From Desulfomonilia bacterium (GTDB lineage Bacteria > Desulfobacterota > Desulfomonilia > UBA1062): 64,000 nt of DNA. Of the stretch, positions 40,150-50,783 are shown piece after piece (the stretch's first letter is position 1; every line of letters begins with the position of its first letter). The notes beneath the pieces were generated by a model. That model saw only the letters and a program-made list of their open reading frames with translations, was not told where the DNA came from and did not search any database. The stretch is taken from NCBI GenBank assembly GCA_050014195.1, contig JBEKDT010000003.1, positions 192,001 through 256,000 of the forward strand. The letters run 5' to 3'. The translations under genes and the position numbers were made by a program.

Positions 40150-41130
40150 ATGACGCGGGTTATCGCAGTTACATCCGGTAAGGGAGGAATCGGCAAGAGC
40201 AACTTCGTGCTCAATGTAGGCATAGGGCTTGCTGCAATGGATTCGAATGTGTTGATCCTGGATGCCGATCTTGGGCTGGCGAATCTCGATGTCCTCTTAG
40301 GCGTAAGGCCTAAGAGGACACTTGAGGATGTGGTGCTGGGAAGGTCAAGCCTGAATGATATCATTATCAAGACCGATTACCGCGTCCGTCTGATACCCGG
40401 GGCCTCAGGCATACCGGACTTGGCTGATCTCGGCAAGGAAAAGATCGGTACACTCCTTGAGGCTGTCAGGGAAATATCCCAGGACACCGACTTCCTCCTT
40501 GTTGACACCTCATCGGGTATATCAAGCGGGGTTATATCGTTCCTTATGGCTGTTCCCGAGGTTGTCGTCGGGGTGAGCGATGAGCCCACAAGCCTAACTG
40601 ACGCCTATGCACTTATAAAGGTGCTCAAACGTAACGGGTACGATGGCAGGATCTCGATGTTTGCAAGTCAGGTCAAGAACAGTACAGCAGGGCATGCCCT
40701 CTACAAGAAGATATCGTCCGCGACCCAGAGATTCCTCGACATCCAGGTGGAGTTTTTGGGAAGTATCTATTCCGACGAAAAGCTCGTAAGGGCGGTAACC
40801 GATCAGGTCCCTGCCATCGTGAGGTTCCCCACCTCCGACATCGCACGCTGCTACCGGGTCATCGCCCTGACCATGCTCGGACAGAAGGGTGTAAGTGTAG
40901 ACGTTGAAAGGCTCTGGTCCCGTCTCATCAACATGATCATTAAAGGGGCAAAACCCAAGGTGGTAAGGGCGGTATCTTTCAACGGAGAAGTCCCGGGCAA
41001 GGCACTTGAGAAGACCTTCGAAGATATCCTGGATGAGCAGCGCAAAACCCGCCTCCTTCTGGAGCGCTTACTTACGAGGCTTGAGCAGGGAGCTACCAAT
41101 ACCAGAAGCCACAAGGGATATTCTGCGTGA
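40150..41130 (+). CDS. MinD/FlhG-like ATPase
   Basis: TSGKGGIGKSN, DADLGLAN, EPTSLTDAYALIK. Confidence 0.88.
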   Translation: MTRVIAVTSGKGGIGKSNFVLNVGIGLAAMDSNVLILDADLGLANLDVLLGVRPKRTLEDVVLGRSSLNDIIIKTDYRVRLIPGASGIPDLADLGKEKIGTLLEAVREISQDTDFLLVDTSSGISSGVISFLMAVPEVVVGVSDEPTSLTDAYALIKVLKRNGYDGRISMFASQVKNSTAGHALYKKISSATQRFLDIQVEFLGSIYSDEKLVRAVTDQVPAIVRFPTSDIARCYRVIALTMLGQKGVSVDVERLWSRLINMIIKGAKPKVVRAVSFNGEVPGKALEKTFEDILDEQRKTRLLLERLLTRLEQGATNTRSHKGYSA

Positions 41131-41612
41131 TAGCTGCCTTTGAAACAGCCCGTGGACCTTTGTGGATATCGGGCAGCACCGACACGGTAGACGGCATTTC
41201 CTGGGATCCCTTAGACGGCATGAAACATCATGGCGAATTGGATTGGATGCTTAATGCCCTCGACTCATATTTTCTGGGAAAACTCAGCAGATTCCCGGGC
41301 GGCCTTCTGTTCATGGGAATAGGCACCCTGTGGGTTCGAACCCCTCAAATTTCACGACCTTTTGTGAGCTCCCAGCAGATACTCTCGGCTATTGAACAGA
41401 TACCCTACGGCACAACCAAGACCTACTCCGATGTGGCATCGACCGTTGGAAAGCCCGGAGCTGCACGTGCCGTAGGTGCTGTGTGCAGATCGAATCCCAT
41501 ACCTATCCTCATCCCTTGCCACCGTGTGGTAGGACAGCGCTCTCTTGGTGGATACACCCCAGGAATTCATCTGAAAGAGTTCCTGTTAAAGCATGAGGGA
41601 AGTCTCGAATAG
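41127..41612 (+). CDS. ogt: Methylated-DNA-protein-cysteine methyltransferase
   Basis: IPYG..TY, ARAVG, NPIPILIPCHRV. Confidence 0.9.
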   Translation: MIAAFETARGPLWISGSTDTVDGISWDPLDGMKHHGELDWMLNALDSYFLGKLSRFPGGLLFMGIGTLWVRTPQISRPFVSSQQILSAIEQIPYGTTKTYSDVASTVGKPGAARAVGAVCRSNPIPILIPCHRVVGQRSLGGYTPGIHLKEFLLKHEGSLE

Positions 41613-41737
41613 ACTTCAGCATGATACGGAAAGATAAGACCGAGCGAAACCGGGGAATCCATTTGACAAAAAAGAGAGGCATGGCATAGGGAGATCATGT
41701 GCTCAAGATATATGCTGATGCCCTCGAGGTGATCTAG

Positions 41738-42736
41738 GTGAGGCCTCTTGTAGACTTGCACGAAAGGCGAATCAGGTATGTAAGGGTCTCTGTCACCGAC
41801 CGGTGCAATCTGAGGTGCAGGTACTGCATGCCTGAGGGTGGTATAGAGTGGGTCCCCCATGAGCAGATCATGACCTATGAAGATCTTTATCGCATCCTGA
41901 AGATATGCATCGGCAGGGGTGTTGAGAAGGTCAGGATAACAGGCGGGGAACCCCTGGTCCGCAAGGGCATAATCGATTTCATCGAGAAGGTGAGTACGAT
42001 ATCCGGCCTTGCAGATCTATCCCTCACTACCAATGGTATCCTCCTGGAGGATATGGCACACAAGTTGAAACAGGCAGGTCTGAAGAGGATTAATGTGAGC
42101 CTCGACACCCTTGATAAGAAAAAGTTTGCCTATATTACCAGGATCGATGCCTTTGACGAAGTCATCAAGGGTATCAGCCGCGCCCTTACGTATGATCTGA
42201 GCCCGGTCAAGATCAATGTGGTGGCGATCCGCGGTTTCAATAACGACGAGATCCCCGAGTTCGCCGGACTCACCCGGGCGCTCCCCGTAGAGGTACGCTT
42301 CATAGAGCTCATGCCCATCGGATGCATTACCAAATACCCTGGGCATGAGGGCATCAGCGCCTCGGAAATCAAGGATTCCATAGAAAATGTTTATGGGCCT
42401 ATGGAAAAACTCAAGGGGGGGCTTGGCCCTGCCAGGATCTATCAAATACCAGGCGCTCAAGGGAGGATAGGCCTTATCGGGTCTTTGAGCGAACGCGATT
42501 TCTGTGGGGCATGCAATCGAATACGAATAACTGCCAGGGGGTACCTGAGACCGTGCCTTTTTTCCGAGGACCTGATCGATCTGCTTACACCCATGAAGGG
42601 CGGAATATCAGATGAAGGACTGGAAGGGCTTATCGAAGAGGGCGTCAGGAGAAAGCCTCCCTCCCACGGCATCTGCAGGGGTATGGAACTGGTCCACGAA
42701 GGTCCAAGGACAAAGATGTCTGATATCGGAGGATAA
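41738..42736 (+). CDS. moaA: GTP 3',8-cyclase (radical SAM)
   Basis: RVSVTDRCNLRCRYCMP, FCGACNRIR..C, C-terminal IGG. Confidence 0.96.
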   Translation: MRPLVDLHERRIRYVRVSVTDRCNLRCRYCMPEGGIEWVPHEQIMTYEDLYRILKICIGRGVEKVRITGGEPLVRKGIIDFIEKVSTISGLADLSLTTNGILLEDMAHKLKQAGLKRINVSLDTLDKKKFAYITRIDAFDEVIKGISRALTYDLSPVKINVVAIRGFNNDEIPEFAGLTRALPVEVRFIELMPIGCITKYPGHEGISASEIKDSIENVYGPMEKLKGGLGPARIYQIPGAQGRIGLIGSLSERDFCGACNRIRITARGYLRPCLFSEDLIDLLTPMKGGISDEGLEGLIEEGVRRKPPSHGICRGMELVHEGPRTKMSDIGG

Positions 42737-42741
42737 AGAGA

Positions 42742-43098
42742 TTAGGGTTGTAAATGGGCCTGCACAACTTCCAGGAGTTTATTGAAGGAGACGAGGTCTT
42801 TCTTGAAGAGGACCTTGTTGGTGTTCAGAAAAGACAGCCCTGAAAATTTTTCCTTTTTGGTCTCTTCAGAAGCCCATACTACTTTGCAATAAAGCGATAT
42901 CTCTCCGACGTCATGGAGATCGTCTATGGCCAGCCTCACCACCGATCCCACCGGGATATGTACCCCTGAGATGCATACACCCTCTGCACTCGCATTCACT
43001 ACAGTGATGGGCTTCACGTTCTCGCTGATATCCACGGAGCCCTTCACCTCGGGAAAGGGTATTCTTTCGTATATTCTCTTTTCCTTTTTGGTGGGCAT
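42742..43098 (-). CDS. PilZ domain protein
   Basis: EKRIYER (RxxxR) and NASAEG (D/NxSxxG), VVW, GLSF. Confidence 0.8.
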   Translation of the reverse strand: MPTKKEKRIYERIPFPEVKGSVDISENVKPITVVNASAEGVCISGVHIPVGSVVRLAIDDLHDVGEISLYCKVVWASEETKKEKFSGLSFLNTNKVLFKKDLVSFNKLLEVVQAHLQP

Positions 43099-43245
43099 GG
43101 TTGCAAAAAAATACATCGTAGATGTATGTATGTCAAGACCGTATACTTGGTCTCGATTACAATTGCGAAAAGAGGTAAACTATCCGCCATTGGAATAACT
43201 CAAAGGCTTTACAAAAGGCATATGCGTTTTATGAACGGAGGGGCT

Positions 43246-44394
43246 ATGGACTTCGATCTTTCCGAACACCATCTGATACTCAAGGAAACCATCCGGCGGT
43301 TTGCCGCACAGGAAATTGCTCCAAGGGCCGCAACCATGGACCGAGACGAGACCTTTGATGAACATCTCTGGGAAAAGGGCAGGGAACTGGGGTTTGTCGG
43401 AATGGGCATAAGCCAGGAGTATGGGGGCAGTTTCATTGATTTTCTATCGCTCGGCATCATGGCAGAAGAGGTGAGCAAGGTCGATCCGGGTGTTGCCGTT
43501 GTCTTCGGTGCCCATTCGGTCCTGTGCGGCAATAATATCGAGCGCAACGGCACGGATGAACAGAAGAATAAATACCTCCCGCTGCTTGCATCGGGCAAGA
43601 TGAGGGGTTGCATGGGTATTACAGAGCCGGGCGCAGGTTCTGATGCGCTGTCCATACGCACCAGGGCGCGTAAAGTTGGCAAAGAATATGTGATCACCGG
43701 CAGCAAGATGTTCATATCGAACGCCCCATTTGCGGATGTGGCCCTCATCTATGCCACCACCGACCCTTCTCAGGGACCCAAGGGGCTCAGTGCCTTTATC
43801 GTTGAAGAGACATTCCCCGGCTATACGAGGGGCAAGAAATTGTCCAAGATGGGGCTCCGCTCATCTCCCACAGGCGAGATCATTCTGGAAGATTGCCGTG
43901 TGCCGGAGGAAAATCTCTTAGGCGGGATTGAGGGTACGGGTCTTTCCGTCATGTTTTCAGGGCTTGACGTAGAACGTATCCTTTGGAGTGCTCAGGCCAT
44001 CGGCATCGCACAGGCGGCCTTTGACGCTGCGCTCAAGTATGCAAAGGAACGGCAGCAGTTCTCACAGCCCATCATCACCTTCCAGATGATCCAGGACAAG
44101 CTCGCAAGCATGCTCGTAGAGATCGAGGCCGCACGCCTGCTTGCATACAAGGGCCTTGCCTGCCTTGACAGCGGAAAGAAACGTCAGACCAGGATGATAG
44201 CTGCACAGGTGAAGCTCTATGCCTGTGAGATGGTGAACAGGATCACCTCGGAAGCCCTGCAGATCCACGGCGGATACGGATACATGAAGGAATTCCCCCT
44301 GGAGCGGTACCTGCGGGACGGAAGGGCCTATGCAATCGGTGCCGGCACGAGTGAGATCCAGAAGCTCATCATCGGGGGTTATCTCATGGCCTGA
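43246..44394 (+). CDS. Acyl-CoA dehydrogenase (isovaleryl-CoA dehydrogenase-like)
   Basis: TEPGAGSD, GSKMFISN, KMGLRSS, QIHGGYGY, IGAGTSEIQ. Confidence 0.93.
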   Translation: MDFDLSEHHLILKETIRRFAAQEIAPRAATMDRDETFDEHLWEKGRELGFVGMGISQEYGGSFIDFLSLGIMAEEVSKVDPGVAVVFGAHSVLCGNNIERNGTDEQKNKYLPLLASGKMRGCMGITEPGAGSDALSIRTRARKVGKEYVITGSKMFISNAPFADVALIYATTDPSQGPKGLSAFIVEETFPGYTRGKKLSKMGLRSSPTGEIILEDCRVPEENLLGGIEGTGLSVMFSGLDVERILWSAQAIGIAQAAFDAALKYAKERQQFSQPIITFQMIQDKLASMLVEIEAARLLAYKGLACLDSGKKRQTRMIAAQVKLYACEMVNRITSEALQIHGGYGYMKEFPLERYLRDGRAYAIGAGTSEIQKLIIGGYLMA

Positions 44395-44543
44395 GGCCGT
44401 CGGGTAACCTTGATAATGGCAGGCCTTAAAAAGGCCCTGTGATTTGCATACAATCATCTGCCTATTATTATTTGATAGATAACTGTTCTGTTGCGCTATC
44501 CCATGGAGACGAGGGCACGTAAGACACTTGTGTGGAGAAGGCT

Positions 44544-46187
44544 ATGATCAGAGATATCAAGAAGATGGCAGGGACGAACTATGATGTGTTGGTGATCGGC
44601 GGAGGCATCACCGGTGCCTTCATTGCCTGGGACTCTGCTCTGAGGGGGCTGAAGGCGGCCCTCATCGACAAGGGTGATTTCGGGGCAGCCACCTCGGCGG
44701 CTACGTCAAAACTCATCCATGGAGGCTTGCGCTATCTAAAGACATTTGAAGTAGGCCTGGTGAGGGAATCACTCCAAGAGCGCAGGATCATGGAGATCAT
44801 CGCCCCACACCTCGTCTACCCCCTGCCCTTTGTTTTTCCGGGCTATGGCTGGGGTATGCGGGGCATGCCCGCCGCCATTTCCGCCATGGTCTTTTATGAC
44901 ACGCTCTCCTATGACCGGAAGTGGATCAATGACGATGACAAGAAGATCCCCGGACATGAAAAATTCTCCGCCGACCAGATCCTTGCCATGGAGCCCATCC
45001 TTGACCCGGCAGAGCTCAAGGGCGGGGTCATCTATTATGACTGCCAGATGTACAGCCCCGAGCGGCTTACTCTGGAGCCCATCCTCTCGGCCGCGGAATA
45101 CGGGGCCGATGTCGCCAACTATGTGAAGGCTGAAGACCTCATCATGGATGGGAACCGGATTACAGGAGCGCACGTAGTGGAGCTGTTGACCGGCTCTGAA
45201 TACGACATCAAGGCTTCCATCACGGTGAACGCTGCAGGCCCATGGGCCGACCTCATCCTGGGAAAGATCAGGGGGAGGAAGCACCACGGCCTCATCCGCT
45301 CCAAAGGCATTCACATCATCACAAAACCTCTGCATAAGGATCATGCCCTGGTCCTTCAGACGAAGACCGGCAGGCATTTCTTTATCATACCTTGGAGGGG
45401 ATTCAGTCTCATCGGCACAACGGATGACGTCTATAAGGGCCACCCGGATGACTTTAAGGTTACTGAGGCTGATATTACCGATTTCTTAGGCGAGATCAAT
45501 GCAACCGTCCCTGCCGCCAGGCTCACCAGGCAGGATATCGTGTATCAGTATGGGGGGCTGCGTCCCATTGTTGAGAAGGAGACGAGTGTCGAGGTGGAGG
45601 TCTATGACGCCTCTCGTAAGTACGAGCTCTACGATCATGAACTCGACGAAGGGGTCAAGGGGTTCGTCACCGCCATCGGCGGCAAATACACTACCTCCCG
45701 CAACATGGCCAAACAGCTTGTTGATATGATCTTCACCAAGCTTGGAAGGGATGCTGTGCCCTGCCAGACCCATACAACGCCCCTCTATGGTGGAGAGATG
45801 GGGAGGTTTGCCAGTTTTGTTGAGCGGGCCAAGATCCTTAGGGCTGGAGATCTCGATGATACTGTTATCGAGAATCTGTGCCGCAACTACGGCAGCCGCT
45901 ACCAGAATGTCATTCAACTTGCGGAAAAAAAGAAGTACGTATCCGCTATCTGTGAGTCCTTCCCGGATATCTGGGCCGAGGTAGTCTATGCCATCAGGGC
46001 TGAGATGGCGGTTTCCTTAAGTGACGTGCTCTTCCGCAGGACCGGGCTATGCACGCTCGGCAACCCGGGTACTTCTATCATTGAAGAGGCTGCGGATGTG
46101 ATGGCCAAAGAACTCAAGTGGAAGAAGGCCAAGAGAAACCAGGAGATTGATAAGGCCTTGGACGTCTTTACCATCAGAGCTGAGTGA
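44544..46187 (+). CDS. glpD: FAD-dependent glycerol-3-phosphate dehydrogenase/oxidase
   Basis: GGGITG, SKLIHGGLRYL, NAAGPW, GLRP, GGKYTT, RRT. Confidence 0.9.
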   Translation: MIRDIKKMAGTNYDVLVIGGGITGAFIAWDSALRGLKAALIDKGDFGAATSAATSKLIHGGLRYLKTFEVGLVRESLQERRIMEIIAPHLVYPLPFVFPGYGWGMRGMPAAISAMVFYDTLSYDRKWINDDDKKIPGHEKFSADQILAMEPILDPAELKGGVIYYDCQMYSPERLTLEPILSAAEYGADVANYVKAEDLIMDGNRITGAHVVELLTGSEYDIKASITVNAAGPWADLILGKIRGRKHHGLIRSKGIHIITKPLHKDHALVLQTKTGRHFFIIPWRGFSLIGTTDDVYKGHPDDFKVTEADITDFLGEINATVPAARLTRQDIVYQYGGLRPIVEKETSVEVEVYDASRKYELYDHELDEGVKGFVTAIGGKYTTSRNMAKQLVDMIFTKLGRDAVPCQTHTTPLYGGEMGRFASFVERAKILRAGDLDDTVIENLCRNYGSRYQNVIQLAEKKKYVSAICESFPDIWAEVVYAIRAEMAVSLSDVLFRRTGLCTLGNPGTSIIEEAADVMAKELKWKKAKRNQEIDKALDVFTIRAE

Positions 46188-46210
46188 GCGTGCATGACGT
46201 GAAGCATTGA

Positions 46211-47545
46211 ATGAAAGGCAAGAGGGTCCTCCTCGTCAATCCATGGATCTATGACTTTGCTGCCTATGACCTGTGGGCAAAGCCTCTGGGGCTGCTCTTC
46301 ATCGGCGCCCTTTTGAGAAAGAACGGGTGCGGGGTGGACTTTATTGACTGCTTGAAGGCAGACAATGATCTTATTAAGAAACCGGGCGGGCATGGAAGAT
46401 TTCCTCGTAAGATCATACCCAAGCCGCCTGCCCTCAAGACAATTCCGAGGAATTACGCAAGGTATGGTATTACACCCGAGGCATTCCTCCATGAGCTTGA
46501 GAAGGTAGCTAGGCCCGATGTAGTAATGGTCACATCCATGATGACCTACTGGTACCCGGGGGTGTTCGAGGCCATAGGGATTATCAAGAGATACCTCCCC
46601 GGAGTCCCTGTAATCCTGGGCGGTGTATATGCGACCTTGTGCACAAGGCATGCCGAGAATTTCTCCGGGGCGGATTATGTTTTGACTCATAAGGGGGAGT
46701 TCAAGGTCCTTAAGCTTTTAGAGGAACTTTTGGGTCATACCCCTGTGTATGTCCCTGACATGAACGATCTGGATATGATGCCCTACCCCTGTTTTGACCT
46801 TGTCCCGGATCTGCGTTATGTATGCATCAGAACTTCCCGAGGATGTCCGTACCGCTGCACCTACTGTGCCTCCCATTATCTGTGCGGATCTCAGCACCTG
46901 AGGGACCCGGTCAGGGTGGCAGATGAAATCGAGTTCTGGAACCGTGAACATGGGGTGCATGATGTTGCCTTTTATGATGATGCCCTGCTTACACCTCTCC
47001 CCCATGCCCAAGCCCTGCTCCATGAGATCGCATCCAGAAACCTCGGCGTAAGGTTCCATTGCCCCAACGGGCTTCATGCGAGGGAAATCACCCGGGAGAC
47101 AGCCATGCTTATGAGGCAGGCAGGGTTTGCCACCATCAGGCTCGGCCTTGAGACGACAGACCCATTGAGGCAGCGCACAAGCGGCGGCAAGGTGACAAAC
47201 AGAGAATTCATCCGTGCTATGGAGAGCCTGCACAAGGCAGGGTATGATTCGGAAGAGATCGGGGTTTACATCCTTTGCGGGTTGCCGGGCCAGGAGGCCT
47301 CAGAGGTGATGGATGCGGTACGATTTGTCAAAGAATACGGCGGCAGGCCCAGGCTCTCTGAGTATTCACCCATACCTCATACGCAGCAGTGGGAGGAGGC
47401 GAAGAGAGCGAGCCCGTACCCCATAGAAGAGGAGCCCCTGTTCCAGAACAATACACTGCTACCCTGCAGGTCGGATCGATTCACCTACGAGCAGTACCAG
47501 GATATCAAGATATCCCTCAAGGAATTTGATACGAAGGTCTCTTGA
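46211..47545 (+). CDS. B12-binding domain radical SAM protein
   Basis: LLVNPW, LGGVYAT, SRGCPYRCTYC, GLET. Confidence 0.9.
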   Translation: MKGKRVLLVNPWIYDFAAYDLWAKPLGLLFIGALLRKNGCGVDFIDCLKADNDLIKKPGGHGRFPRKIIPKPPALKTIPRNYARYGITPEAFLHELEKVARPDVVMVTSMMTYWYPGVFEAIGIIKRYLPGVPVILGGVYATLCTRHAENFSGADYVLTHKGEFKVLKLLEELLGHTPVYVPDMNDLDMMPYPCFDLVPDLRYVCIRTSRGCPYRCTYCASHYLCGSQHLRDPVRVADEIEFWNREHGVHDVAFYDDALLTPLPHAQALLHEIASRNLGVRFHCPNGLHAREITRETAMLMRQAGFATIRLGLETTDPLRQRTSGGKVTNREFIRAMESLHKAGYDSEEIGVYILCGLPGQEASEVMDAVRFVKEYGGRPRLSEYSPIPHTQQWEEAKRASPYPIEEEPLFQNNTLLPCRSDRFTYEQYQDIKISLKEFDTKVS

Positions 47546-47550
47546 TATGT

Positions 47551-48492
47551 TCAGGCAGACATTGCCTGGAAACCCTTGATGATGGCAGTGAGCACGTCAT
47601 TGACCGGTGTCGGGATGCCATGCTCCCGACCGTATCTGCAGATGGCCCCATTCAGGGCATCTATCTCGGTGAGCCTGCTGCCCTTGGCCATGTCCTGGAG
47701 CATGGAGGACCGATGTGTTGCTGTGGGAGGGAGCTGAATCTCTGTCAGGATCTTATAATATGCATCAGCGTTTTCATAGGGCAGCTTCACCCCCTTTGCG
47801 AGGGCAACTCCAAAGATCTCATGGATGATCTGCCGCATGACTTCCATCACTTCGGGGGCTTCCCGCAGGTGGCCGTAAGGCACATTCAATATGGCGCCCA
47901 GTGCATTCAGGGAGCAGTTATAGAGTACTTTTCCCCAGAGGAACGATGCGATATCATCACAGAGTGCACTGGGGATCCCTGCATCATTAAGGTGGTCACA
48001 GACGAGTTTGATCGGGGCGAGGGGTGCAGTTCCGGATGGCGAGCCTAAGAGCACCTTGTCGGCATATACTGTCACCCGAGCTGTGCCGGGCCTTTCGACC
48101 TCGGCTCCGAAGATGACACGGGCCCCCACGGTCCTTTCCCACCCGACGGCTTGGGCAATGGCCTCCCAGTTTCCCAGCCCGTTCTGGATGGAAAAGACGA
48201 GCGTCCCTTCATGGATGAAGGGAAGTGTCTGAGAGATGACCTGGGCTGTGTGGTATGACTTCACGCTGAGCAGCACGACATCGAAGCTGCCGGACAAACC
48301 TTTCGTTCCATAATATGCCTTTACGCTGTCGAGCCTATGCTCTCCCCAGATGCCGGTAATCGAAAGGCCCTGCTTCTGCAGGGCAAGCAGATGATCGTCC
48401 GTACCTACAAAGGTCACATCATGGCCGTGTTCTGCGAGCAACCCCCCGAATATACTCCCGAGGGCGCCTGCGCCCATCACCAAGTATTTCAT
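47551..48492 (-). CDS. panE: 2-dehydropantoate 2-reductase
   Basis: GAGALG, VKSY, QNGLG, WGKVLYN, SSMLQD, TEIDALNG. Confidence 0.93.
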   Translation of the reverse strand: MKYLVMGAGALGSIFGGLLAEHGHDVTFVGTDDHLLALQKQGLSITGIWGEHRLDSVKAYYGTKGLSGSFDVVLLSVKSYHTAQVISQTLPFIHEGTLVFSIQNGLGNWEAIAQAVGWERTVGARVIFGAEVERPGTARVTVYADKVLLGSPSGTAPLAPIKLVCDHLNDAGIPSALCDDIASFLWGKVLYNCSLNALGAILNVPYGHLREAPEVMEVMRQIIHEIFGVALAKGVKLPYENADAYYKILTEIQLPPTATHRSSMLQDMAKGSRLTEIDALNGAICRYGREHGIPTPVNDVLTAIIKGFQAMSA

Positions 48493-48502
48493 TGCAGCCC
48501 TC

Positions 48503-49957
48503 TCATCCGGCCATAGCGAGAATTTGCCCGTGTGCCGGATATTCCATACCAGAGGCGGCCGTGTGCTGCAACCGCCACTTCAGGTATCCATGGATGGAAG
48601 CAATGGCATCCTGGGGGGTCCGGTAGACCGCAAGTCCGGCATCTCTAAAGATCGAGAACATCCTGATCCGCACCTCCTCGATGTCAAGGATATTTTCCGT
48701 AAACTGTGAGAGGATGGGGATGACCGGTTTGTCGATCTTCAGCGCCGCCTCGACGATGGCATGGGGACCGCTCTCGATCTGGTCTTTCTGGAATGATGTT
48801 ATGAAGTCCAGTGAGAAATAGGGGATAATGGCATCGATGTTCTCATCTTGGGCCATGGCCTCGATGGTATGGGCCATGATGGTGAAATCGAAGCCGTAAA
48901 ACCCAAGATCCACGGGGTTCGTGGTGCTGGTGTTCACGTTGCTTATGCGCTCGCTGATACGCCTTTGGACTCCATCTGAGAGCTCCGGAAGCGATAAAGC
49001 GGCCAGAGAGGATATATCGGTGAAGAGCACGGATGTCCCTCCGCCTGCACCCAGGAAGCCGAGTCTGGACCCGGCCGGTGTCCTCTCGGCAATGGCCATC
49101 ATGGTGAGGTCCACCATCTGCTCGAAATTAACTGCCTCGATACCGTGATTTTGCCTCATGACAGCGGTCCAAATTTCATGGCTTGCTGCCATGGCCCCTG
49201 TGTGGGAGGCCGCGGCCCTTGCCCCCTGTTCGGTGATCCCGCCCTTGAGGATAACCACAGGCTTTTTTGCAGTAGTCTTTTTCAAGGCCTCAATAAAGCG
49301 CCTGCCGTTCTTGATGTCTTCAATGTAGGCTGCAATCACCCTGACGGTATCATCATCGGCCAGGTACTCCAGATAATCCTCCACCTTCAGGTCGATTTGG
49401 TTCCCGTATGATACCACCTTGTTCAACTCAAGTTTGCGGGAATTGGCCATGCGCATAAAGTTGTGCGTCATGCCGCCTGATTGCCCGAGAAAGGCCACCT
49501 TGCCGATCCCGGTTAAAGGCGATTTGGGGACGTCACAGGTAACGGCGGACCCGGTGCAATGAACCCCGATGCAGTTGGGACCGATGATCCTGGTCCCTCC
49601 CTTGTGTGCTGCTTTAAGCATGGCCTTCTCAAGTTCCACATTTCCGATCTCGGAAAAACCGGAGGTGAAGAAGTGAATGAATTTGATGCCCTTGCGTGCT
49701 GCTGCCTCTACCGTCTCCAATGCTTTGCCGGCAGGTACGCCCACAATAGCTAAATCTACGGGTTCCGGGATATCATCCAGGGTGGGATACACCTTGACCC
49801 CACTGATCTCTGTATACTTGGGATTTACCGGGTATAGCCTTCCCTTATAGCCTGCCATCTGGAATATTTGGTAGTACGGCATCTTGCCGCCCCCCAGATG
49901 GGGAGATGCACCGACTACCGCGACGCTCTCAGGGGAAAAAAGCCTTTGAAGATCCAT
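48503..49957 (-). CDS. ADP-forming acyl-CoA synthetase alpha-type (CoA-binding) subunit
   Basis: PESVAVVGAS, YPVNP, IGPNCIG, QSGG, ASHTG phospho-His motif; no ATP-grasp domain. Confidence 0.88.
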   Translation of the reverse strand: MDLQRLFSPESVAVVGASPHLGGGKMPYYQIFQMAGYKGRLYPVNPKYTEISGVKVYPTLDDIPEPVDLAIVGVPAGKALETVEAAARKGIKFIHFFTSGFSEIGNVELEKAMLKAAHKGGTRIIGPNCIGVHCTGSAVTCDVPKSPLTGIGKVAFLGQSGGMTHNFMRMANSRKLELNKVVSYGNQIDLKVEDYLEYLADDDTVRVIAAYIEDIKNGRRFIEALKKTTAKKPVVILKGGITEQGARAAASHTGAMAASHEIWTAVMRQNHGIEAVNFEQMVDLTMMAIAERTPAGSRLGFLGAGGGTSVLFTDISSLAALSLPELSDGVQRRISERISNVNTSTTNPVDLGFYGFDFTIMAHTIEAMAQDENIDAIIPYFSLDFITSFQKDQIESGPHAIVEAALKIDKPVIPILSQFTENILDIEEVRIRMFSIFRDAGLAVYRTPQDAIASIHGYLKWRLQHTAASGMEYPAHGQILAMAG

Positions 49958-50123
49958 ATGTACTCCTCTTCTATGTTGCACAGGATGTGTTATGATCATA
50001 GCATAATACCAAAACAATGATAGGACTACCAGTATTTTGTCTTGTGCATTGAGATAGCGATGAACACACAGGAACGTGAAAAGGGCTTGAATCTTTCTTG
50101 GCGAACCTCTAGATCTTACACCA

Positions 50124-50753
50124 ATGTATCAGAGACCAGTCCATTTTATGACTATTCGCATAACGTTACCCGTCAGGTCCATTTATGCACGGCTTGGCTT
50201 CAAGAAAGGGGTGACCGAACTCAAACCTGCTGAGAAGGAGAAGGTGGACAAGACCATTGAGGAAGCAAAAGATATTGTTCATCTCAAGGGGGCTGCCCAC
50301 ATAATTGGTATATTGCAGGTTGATCATGTTGGGATCGAACTCGAAGGCGGGATTATCCTCTCAAGCAGTTCTCTCGCCCGGATGCTTTCAGGATGTACTC
50401 AAGTCCTGCTCATGGGGGCGACTGCAGGGCAGAATATTATGGATGCCATTGCTCAAGCCACATCATCAGACAATCTTACCCGTGCAGTAATGCTCGATGC
50501 GGTTGCCAGTGAGATGACCGATGGAGCACTGGACTGGATTATGGATTATGTAAATCAGGATCTTATGAGGCGGGTGCAACATCTCACAAAAAAGCGATTT
50601 TCCGCCGGGTATGGTGATTTTTACCTGGAGAACCAGAAAGCCATGTATGATCTGCTCCGAATGGGGACCATCGGGGTGTCTATTACGGATAGATGCATCC
50701 TCATCCCGGAAAAGAGCGTTACCGCCGTAGCTGGAGTGGCTGCACTGAGATAG
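50124..50753 (+). CDS. Stand-alone methionine synthase activation domain
   Basis: DAVASE, RFSAGYGDF..ENQ, IPEKSVTA; directly upstream of the metH core. Confidence 0.85.
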   Translation: MYQRPVHFMTIRITLPVRSIYARLGFKKGVTELKPAEKEKVDKTIEEAKDIVHLKGAAHIIGILQVDHVGIELEGGIILSSSSLARMLSGCTQVLLMGATAGQNIMDAIAQATSSDNLTRAVMLDAVASEMTDGALDWIMDYVNQDLMRRVQHLTKKRFSAGYGDFYLENQKAMYDLLRMGTIGVSITDRCILIPEKSVTAVAGVAALR

Positions 50754-50783
50754 ATTATGCAGGTTTGCAAGTGAGGTTTTTGC

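Noticed and set aside
49958-50123. Expected riboswitch upstream of metH
   Set aside because: No SAM-I or cobalamin consensus elements visible
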